Shown here piece by piece: positions 54,920 through 64,000 of a DNA stretch of 64,000 nt. Position 1 is the stretch's first letter, and each line of letters opens with the position of its first letter. Under the pieces are notes generated by a model, which made no database searches, was not told the origin of the DNA, and saw only the letters and a list, made by a program, of their open reading frames with translations. Source of the stretch: Eledone cirrhosa (taxonomy: Eukaryota); the NCBI GenBank assembly GCA_964016885.1, contig OZ024740.1, positions 367,350,001-367,414,000 of the forward strand, given 5' to 3'. The position numbers and the translations under genes are program-made.

Positions 54920-55230
54920 AACAGGTCCCATAGTACCTGGTCATATGCCTTTCCAAGGTCCACAAAATAAGAATACACCTCTTGGCAATACCACTACGCC
55001 TTCTTGAAAGCCCGTTGCAGTGCTAATATTTGATCGGCTGTCTTGCGTCCGAGGCGAAAACCACACTGTTCGTCTGCCAGGCTGGACTCAACAATATCCA
55101 TACATCTCTTTGCCAAATACTTTGCATAGACTTCATCGGGGAGGTCCAACATGGTGATTCCTCTATAATTCTCGTTCAGCCATTTAATAACACAAGGTGC
55201 GGAATTGGCCACCTGCAGAAGTGAGCCGTG
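54920..55230 (-). pseudogene. LINE (RTE-like) RT fragment
   Basis: NYRGITML...EQCGFRLGRKTADQI...FVDLGKAYDQV. Confidence 0.8.
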
Positions 55231-57744
55231 TGAGTTGTAATAATCATTCCAATGCGTCTTTCTCGCCATCATCGGAGGAAATGCTTTAACCATTCTGTCC
55301 GCCAGAGAGCGATCCGCTATACTATCTAGACTTGTATCAATAAGACAGTAATTTTTAAGCACATGTTTTGGATTTAAGGCAACAATGTAGTGCAGAATAA
55401 CTAACAATGTTATATGGCAGAATCTCCCAAATATATTTTGGATACCTATGTAGACTACAAAATAACACTCTGCACATACGTATATGCACTTTATTAACCA
55501 GTCAACTTTTGTATAATGCAAGACTAGTAAATTTCTAGGTGACCTCGATTAGTTCACGACTGTCCTGAATACACTGGTTGTGGTTAATCTAGTGTTTGAA
55601 AACTACACTTTGTTGAAATAATCGAAATTGTATTTCCATTAATGTAATGTGCATCTATCTTCCTTCCTTGAGTTACCTGGTCTAAATTAAGGTTTTAGAA
55701 TAGAGCGTTAATGTGCATTTGTATGAAGTGGGCATTATTACCTAATAGTGCGGCATTGATCAATATTACCCATGAAGAAATCCATTTTAGTTACTAGCAT
55801 CCCAAATTTTATTCATAAATATTATATATTCCAGTTCATTATATACTGTTTCTTTCCTTTTGTAAGATAGTGCAGAGTCATTTCTCGGAGATTTTATTGC
55901 ATCTAGAGGCTCCATGTTCCATCGTTGTAAGTGATGTTAATAACGTTGGTGCTTTAGAAATAGTTTGCTGAGATTCAAGTGTGAGGGAATCATTGGAAGA
56001 AAGGAATGAAGTTCGTTACAAGTATGTGCATGTTTGAAATTTACAAGTGACATATTTACAAATGAGATGACTCAACCCTCTCAATCAACTGTTATATTTT
56101 GTTGCAAAATATACTGTTTCAACAGGCGAGTGGCAAGAAAATACGAATTGTTTCTCAAACCATGCATAATACAGATACAAATAATGCTCTACTTCATAAC
56201 AAAAATAACAAAAATAGCCGTAGTAAAACCAGCAACAATAACAATAAAAACAAACATAACAATATTGTGTTTATTGCGAAGGCTTTCGAAGTGAAATAAG
56301 AAAGGAACGAAAATAAAATAAAAAATAAACCACAATAAGAAAATCCAAGCAGATTTCCATAGTTTATGTCACTAAAAGACATATTTAACTCAACGTAGGA
56401 GCTGTCATTTTGGTTTTTTGTTTTTCAACATTACGAATCCTCAAACTTTATTGTATTAAAAACCTAAATCTGACAACAAATTACAGCAATATACATTAAT
56501 ATATTTTTTCAATCGCGCTCGAAATGAACAAAATTATTCTCTCTTATTTTCTATGTTAAAAAAACTTTTTATAAAACGTGTTTAATTTTGTTTTGTAGCT
56601 TTTGATTTAACTTCAAACTTTTATTGGTTAGTGAAGATAGTAAAAATCAAATATCTCATTCGCAGTATTATCCTTTTATTGGAAACGGCAAGTGCCCATA
56701 TTAAACCTATACATACATTAAAACATTTAAATAAGATTTATAGAGAAAGATATCACCTTGATCGAAAGTTTGTAGTCTACGTTAAGTTAAAAACATTGTC
56801 TTCAGCAACATAATAGAGTTGATGATAGTGGTATGTTAATAATGCAAGTCAATTTTAATAGGAACAACATAAAGTGGATTGGCTCTTTGCAGAAGTAATA
56901 GTGGTACTTATTTGATTAATTCTGCAAGTGTAAAATGTCTCCTGCTTCTTGGCGTTGCCCGTAAAATCAGCCCATTGATTCTTTGCATAGATATTCTAAC
57001 CACATATCCATAAGTTCTCTCAATTTGGAGGACTAGCGGCTCTACTTGTAGCGACTCTCTGATCTCTGAGCTATGCACTCTATCGAGTAAAATGGTTGCA
57101 TAATTTGCAAGAGACTTGCTGTCACACTAGCGTATACAGCCGGATCAATTGGAGACAGATGCTCCTGACAGGTCCCGATGGAAGATGGGCATGAGGACTT
57201 AGCCCCCACAGTGCTCCCAGGAATAGGTAGGAGAATAAGTAAAAGAAAAAAAATGAAGAAGAAAATGTAACATCAAAATATTTGATATTTGTTCAATGTT
57301 ACATTTTCTGAGAGAACACACTAAATATATTTAACTCAAAATACGACATATATACAGATACTTATTTCATGGGTTCCAAATGGATCAGAAGCATACTACA
57401 CCTCAGGATTTGAAATTAGTACAACAACATATGTAACTAAATACCTAAACCAAAAATATGTCGTTCGATGGTTTATCGGCTCTACGAACACTCAGTACGC
57501 GGTGAAAAAAATAATTTCTTGAATTAACCTTATTAAGCAATAATTATGGTAAATATATAATCAATTGAATGAATCTTAGATTATACGTGGTATAGTCTAC
57601 TAGACAGTGGTGAAAAAAATAGCGTTCATCTCAGAGGGATATAGCCTTAGAAACCGGACGGAGTAGATCGAAGTATCTAAAGAGTATTATTTATTTATTC
57701 TAATGTTCTACCCGTTTCCATTTTATTACAGTACGTAATAATGT

Positions 57745-57962
57745 CTAAGATAAGTTACAAAACCAAATTTGTTTCGCAGAGGAAAGTGGGGCAAGTTAGT
57801 CGATTATACTCTGCTCAGGTTTTGCTTCGTAAATATTCACACATCTCCAGAGAGAAAGAAATTTACCCTCAGCAGGATTTGGACTCAGATGGTAATGGAC
57901 CGTAACTAAACGCAAAAATGCATTTTGTTCAATGCTCTAAAATTTCAGCTTAATCCACCGCG
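57745..57962 (-). mobile_element. Old diverged SINE relative
   Basis: The minus strand reads GCGGTGGATTAAGC...CATCTGAGTCCAAATCCTGCTGAGG. A similar old copy lies on + at about 15150-15330. Confidence 0.5.
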
Positions 57963-58608
57963 CTCATGCAGCATATAAGAATGATTTAAGAAATCGAAGG
58001 TATGCTCATGTAAGGTAGCATTCTGCCAATGTCAATATAAACGCACCAGCATCGTGCTGCAATAGCATTCTGTATATATATCCAATTGGATTATTCTCTT
58101 TAAAGTTGGTTTATACAGATAATAATAATATAAAAAATATTTTATTGTTATACAAACATATTAACTAGCCAGGATATAATTAATTATGCGTCTATACTGA
58201 TTTTATAATTCCTAATTCCTAAAAAGTAGCGTCTCTAAATTTTCTTGACAAATTATTTCAGCAACAAATAGATTACATATATGTAGAAGTTATTTTGTAT
58301 TAACATATTAAATAACATCATTTAATATAACTAGATATCAAGTTAACGTTCATATAACAACCTATACGAAAGATCATTTTAAGTGTGTATAAATAATCGC
58401 AATAATTGCAAAGCATTAAGATAATATTAACTTAAATTTGCGATATGAATTATTCATTATTTCTTCGGATTAGACACAGCAATATATTGAGAATGTAATG
58501 ATCTGGCGTTGAAGCATTTCTCAAGAGAAAAGATTGATATTAGCATTTTATGGGAAACGAAATCTAATGTTGGATGGGTTCAATGAAAGATTAATATATT
58601 ATATGTTA

Positions 58609-58693
58609 ATAAATTAAGGTCATGGCTAGGAAAGATAGTATATTAATATACTATATTAATATACTATCTTTCCTAGCCATGACCTTAATTTAT
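58609..58693. repeat. Perfect palindrome with 42-bp arms
   Basis: ATAAATTAAGGTCATGGCTAGGAAAGATAGTATATTAATATA-C-reverse complement. Confidence 0.9.
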
Positions 58694-59423
58694 ATTCACC
58701 AAAAAACTCCATACAACACAACTCAACATTTAATTTTTACATTCCTTTTAAACTTCACTATACCATATACATTCAACTATCAATTTGACAATCCCTTTCT
58801 TCCTAATAGATTTTTTATGGCAATTCTATTTTTAACACCATTCAACCATTCCTTTCAAAGGGTCATGACCTCAACTAAAGTGAATTATTTTTCATCTTAA
58901 CATCATATGAAAAAAACAATCTGACTGGTTAGTTCTTAGCTACCTCCAAATTAAGTCATAGAACTAAACATAATACTAATTTACTGAATAAAATTATTAT
59001 TGCTTTTGACAACAGCTGGTGATATGCATGTAAGTAAATATTCTCTTTATCTGTTAGTTTGTAACTACCTTTACATAGATCGATAATATTTCTGGGTGAT
59101 TACTCTTTATCAGTGCAGTATACCTCTTACCTGCCAACTCTCAGAGCTAGTGAAAATACATGATATTTTCTATAATATACAGTAACTGATCGGCCTGATT
59201 TGCAAAGCCGGCCATTAATCGTTTGTATATATGTAACTGACAGGCCTATCTGCTGATATGCAGATCTGGCAGATCAGGGAGTCTGCTAATATGCAGATCT
59301 GACTAATCAGGCAGTCTGCTAGTATGCAAATCATGCCGATCAGTCACTGTATATTTTAGAAAAAATATATTTTCACCATTTTCTGGCGTAGGCATTACAA
59401 TACAACGGAAGGAAACATAATAG

Positions 59424-59467
59424 TACCACTGATGATGTCACAGATGTGTGACGAAAGAACTTTGATA
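59424..59467 (+). ncRNA. Minimal hammerhead (family-B related)
   Basis: ACCA-CTGATGA-T-GTCAC(agatgt)GTGAC-GAAA-GAAC-TT-TGAT. A family-B-like end ATGACCCTTCCCAAA..AACAATATA follows. Confidence 0.75.
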
Positions 59468-59647
59468 GACTATGTATATATATTTGTATCTGTATTTTTA
59501 GCCGTTGGTTAATCAAAGATAAAAATTGATTACCAGATGAATGGAGATATAAAAGATACAGAAGCGAAAACCATTCCAAACCAATAAATGAGTGTGTTTT
59601 ATTATTATTTCTGGTAATATTATAACAATATGACCCTTCCCAAATGT

Positions 59648-59735
<88 letters not shown>

Positions 59736-59761
59736 ATATATATATATATATATTGTTATAT

Positions 59762-61413
59762 AGTAAGGTGCAACATTGATTGTGTAAAATGGTCCAATAA
59801 CTTTATGTTAGCAATATTAAGTTCTCCAATTCCATTCGAGGGAACAGCTAGAGGATGTAAAACGGAGTATAAGTATCAAAATGAAAATCCGAAGGCAAGG
59901 TAAAATTCCAATCATTTAATCACGACACATGTTTCAATAAGAGATAGATCGATTGTGAAGCCATGATCGATTATCACTGATCTCATCAGGTGAAAATGAA
60001 TTGTCTTCAAATTCTTGATATGAGGGAGAAAAAAACGATGTTTCCTCACATAATTCATTCCCTCATATGGAGACACACCAGTCAGTCAGAGACAAGGCGA
60101 CTGCTATTAGCTTTAGTTGAGGTCATAAAAGTTTTACGGATTGAACAACGATACTGACAGACCTTTAATGGGCCTACACACATCCTCTGGTTTTCACTAT
60201 CCTGTATTTTCTTACTTCACCTTCTATGCTGAATAACACACCTCCACCACTCAAACAACTATCTAAAAAGCTCATTGGCCCATGCGGCGGGAGATCGCAC
60301 TTGCGAACTCATTTACCCTATACCCAACCCTACATAGAGCCCTTTGCCGGCCCACATTGCAGTTGCTTGCACGCACGGATTTGGTGATTCTGATTCTCAA
60401 CGGGACAGCGGTACACCAGGAGTTCGACATGAGCTGATTGCTTACTCTTCACATGGATGTGTATATACTCGGATATCCCCCTCCCCCCATTTTTTGGACG
60501 ATTCGGATATGTATATACCATTTACCATAACACACTTGACAATATGGATGTTACAATTGGATCTATACACGTACAGCAGAACACTGAACTGAACTTACTT
60601 GCGCGCACGCGCCGGTGTGTGTGTGTATGTATGTGTAGCGTTGGTTAACCCAATATTTCCGATTTACATCGTCGAATTGAGATTTGACCGACATAGCTTC
60701 TGTTGCTTTGCGAACTAACTTTTCGGTGATTGCTGTGTTGGTACATTCTTGTATGTGCTTTTTCTCGGATATCGCTTCGGTGTGTGTTAAAGTGTGTGTG
60801 TACCCACCCACGCTAATTCTGCGGGTTTAATACTGTGTTGAGGTGTGTATATATATGTATTTATTTTTATTTTTAATTTTAATTTTAATTTTTATTTTTA
60901 TTTTTATTTTTATTTTTATTTTTATTTTTATTTTTATTTTTATTTTTATTTTTATTTTTATTTTTATTTTTATTTTTATTTTTATTTTTATTTTTATTTT
61001 TATTTTTATTTTTATTTTTATTTTTATTTTTATTTTTATTTTTATTTGACCTCGAGCCGATGTATGCGGCAGTGGAGTGTGTGTGTACCCACTCACTTCT
61101 AACTGTGACTGACTGTATCCCTACGGATTTGTTTGATGTCCAGCGTCTTTTGCAGCGATAGAAGTCTGAAAAGTTTTATGACCTCAACTAAAGCTAATAG
61201 CAGTCGCCTTGTCTCTGACTGACTGGTGTGTCTCCATATGAGGGAATGAATTATGTGAGGAAACATCGTTTTTTTTCTCCCTCATATCAAGAATTTGAAG
61301 ACAATTCATTTTCACCTGATAATCGATCATGGCTTCACAATCGATCTATCCCTTATTAAACATGTATCGTGATTAAATGATTGGAATTTTACCTTGCCTT
61401 CGGATTTTCATTT

Positions 61414-61416
<3 letters not shown>
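59762..61416. mobile_element. Inverted-repeat PLE remnant
   Basis: Arms at about 59875-60134 and 61171-61416, with a left tail at 59762-59874. The minus-strand spacer reads IVKCVMVNGIYISESSKK/ISEY (GIY-YIG-like, weak) and contains (TTTTTA)n at 60860-61047. Confidence 0.65.
59920..59993 (-). ncRNA. Type I hammerhead
   Basis: TCAC-CTGATGA-GATCAGTGATAATCGAT...ATCGATCTATCTCTTATT-GAAAC-ATGT-GTC-GTGA. Confidence 0.7.
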
Positions 61417-61466
<50 letters not shown>

Positions 61467-61471
<5 letters not shown>

Positions 61472-61562
61472 GTTTCTACTTTTGGCACAAGGCCAGCAAT
61501 TACCAGTGTATTACTGGTACTTTATTTTATCGACCCCGAAAGGATGAAAGGCAAAGTTAATC
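61467..61562 (-). mobile_element. SINE 3' half
   Basis: Same SINE core and tail, abutting (TA)n. Confidence 0.85.
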
Positions 61563-62389
61563 TTAATGAGAGTTAGTAAGACAGAGAAAATTGTAGCAGT
61601 AGCAAGGCAAGAGCTAAAATTTCCACGAATGATGGGGTCACGATAAAAGTGCTCACATTATACTTCAATTTTCTTTTCTTTCCTTTTACAAACTCAGAAT
61701 GTACTTTAAGTTGAATGAATCGGAATAATATTTTCACCACATCAGTTAAACTTGTGAGCTCGGCTTAACATGAAGTTGCGAAGGACTCTTTTACAATTGG
61801 GTTGGAAGCAAGCCATTTGTTTATGGCAATGTTTCAAGAGGAAAACAAAAATAACTGTAATTTGTGATATCGTTTCTAAAACAGTAAAACTTTGCAAACG
61901 TGTTAAGCGCATATTTTAAAATTCAACCATCTCATCTTATTTGTATTACATACTTTATTCACAATGCTAAATCTTGGCAATCATACAATTGAACAATTTC
62001 TGAAATAATTTGTGTTTAAGTCAAAATAAAACAGAAAGTTAATTCAATTAAAAAATGAATGTTGTTTGCTATAGTGTATGTTGCTGATCTGTCTGATATT
62101 AAAAGCCGATACTACTCTAGAAGTAAATAATTACATTTGAATTTCTTTTTAAACAGGTTAAAATATAAATAAATTTTATATCACAAGTTTTGAATAATAG
62201 TGTGTTTCATTACAGACTTTCAACGGTAAGTTTGCCCAACAAAAGTGGTCATATATCAGGTATATTCCAAAGTATTTCGTTCTTAAAGCAGTAGCTTTTT
62301 TTCGATTTTCTCCTCAGTCTTCACATGCTAGTTGATATACTTTCGCAAATCACATAACACTAACACACAAGTGCCCGTGTGTGTGTGTT

Positions 62390-62536
<147 letters not shown>

Positions 62537-63097
62537 GTGAAGTTGCTGGAACAAAATACATGAAAAGAGCAATCGACACATTCTGTAGAATGTGAGAATA
62601 TTTATATTATTTTCAACTATGGAACCATAACCATTACCATTAATGGTAAGTCACACTATTTATATATATTAAGAATTATTAGATAGAAGATTCAGAAGTT
62701 TCAGCACAGGCACGAACGAATGAATTGATTCTGAAATGAGTTCAATAGTATAATAATTGAAATCTTGCTTGGTACCGAAATTATGAATTACAAATATTTA
62801 CAAATTTCTATTTTTCTGTTTAAATAGTAAATAATATTGCATTTAAATTACTTTATTTTTCTTCGTCAGTTCGTTCTATCTCAGTTCGCTCCTATACCGT
62901 GAACTTGGTGGGCAATGATAATGAGATAACGGATCAAATAGAATATTTTGTTTACCGTGAAAAAAACAAAATACACGTGAATAGGTGACTGCCAAAGTTG
63001 AACAGCAGACGAAAGCCCAAACAAACAGTCATACACACACGACAAGATTAAATGTAAAAATACCCCTACTATGATTATCACAAAACATGCACATTCA

Positions 63098-63172
<75 letters not shown>

Positions 63173-63185
63173 TTATATATATATA

Positions 63186-63356
63186 ACAAAGGAGGTATGG
63201 TAGGGAACCAGATGGACCATAACGCGCCAGAGTACTCAATACTTAGGGTAGTTGAGTGAGTAATAGGAAAATGTTCAAAACCCCGACGGCAGAACTCAAG
63301 CCGTTTCGACGGCTATTTCTGGACTCAAATTTCTGAGTCCAGTAATAGCCGTCGAA

Positions 63357-63358
<2 letters not shown>
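63186..63358 (-). mobile_element. Family-C tail with a fold-back end
   Basis: Tail plus the HHR 3' half, then hairpin TTCGACGGCTATT..GGACTC/GAGTCC..AATAGCCGTCGAA. Confidence 0.75.
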
Positions 63359-63388
<30 letters not shown>

Positions 63389-64000
63389 CTGTGTGTGTGA
63401 GTGTGTATGCCTATGAATATATATTTACAGAAATAAATATTCGACCACGAGCTCCTGTTGTTTCTGCTCGTGACTTCTAACACTCGCACGTGCGTCTTCA
63501 AGACGCCATAGGGACTGATAGAAGAAGAAGAAAGGAAACATAAGAAGGAAAGTAATTCTCTTGGGTTTAATGTATGTAAAACTAGGTCATTCGAATCAGG
63601 TCGGTTTCATCTCAGATGTTGGCCATAGCAATGAAAAGTATCATAAATAGACAATAAAAGGGCGGCAATGGTACGGACAGGAGGGGAGAAAGGAAAGGTG
63701 AAGGTAGAGGCCCTGAAATAAGTTTTGGTTTTGGGGGTATCTATACTGGTGGATCTCCACAAATACACGCGTACAAACCGCAAAAACTTCAACATAAACA
63801 AAAGTACACAATACGTATGCATACACATTCGCATAACATTGAAGAATTGATTCATCTTAATCCAACACCTCAGGAAAGTTTCACCTTCAAAAGAATTGTT
63901 TTCGTTTTGTCTTGTTTTCGTTTGTTAACTTTTGTTTGTTAATTTTCCTGAGATTATATATATATATATATATATATATATAGGAAATGTATGACACCGA

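Noticed and set aside
62683-62875. Minus-strand CTGACGA ... GAAAC about 165 nt apart
   Set aside because: No convincing helix II closure.

Overview
AT-rich, microsatellite-dense animal intergenic or intronic DNA. The SINE content suggests an octopus or other cephalopod (inference). No host gene is supportable, and almost all ORF-track entries are microsatellite artefacts. The window is a hotspot of nested mobile elements sitting in (TA)n tracts. It holds Penelope-like retroelements (PLEs; RT plus GIY-YIG, one family nearly intact), non-autonomous and decayed autonomous Helitrons, a tRNA-derived SINE (including a 6-copy tandem array), and RTE- and Tx1-like LINE fragments. Reading both strands by eye gave about 24 type I hammerhead ribozyme (HHR) motifs from roughly 10-12 sequence families. 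Several have a covarying U3-A8 core (UUGANAA) and several have greatly enlarged helix II. About ten insertions from unrelated families share one architecture: an asymmetric head-to-head palindrome with both 3' ends facing outward into (TA)n. One arm carries a longer 'tail'; the other stops at an internal TA/ATA microhomology. One such palindrome has a tRNA-like head and no HHR, making it a candidate PLE-mobilised SINE. Structures were folded by eye, and element boundaries within microsatellites are approximate.
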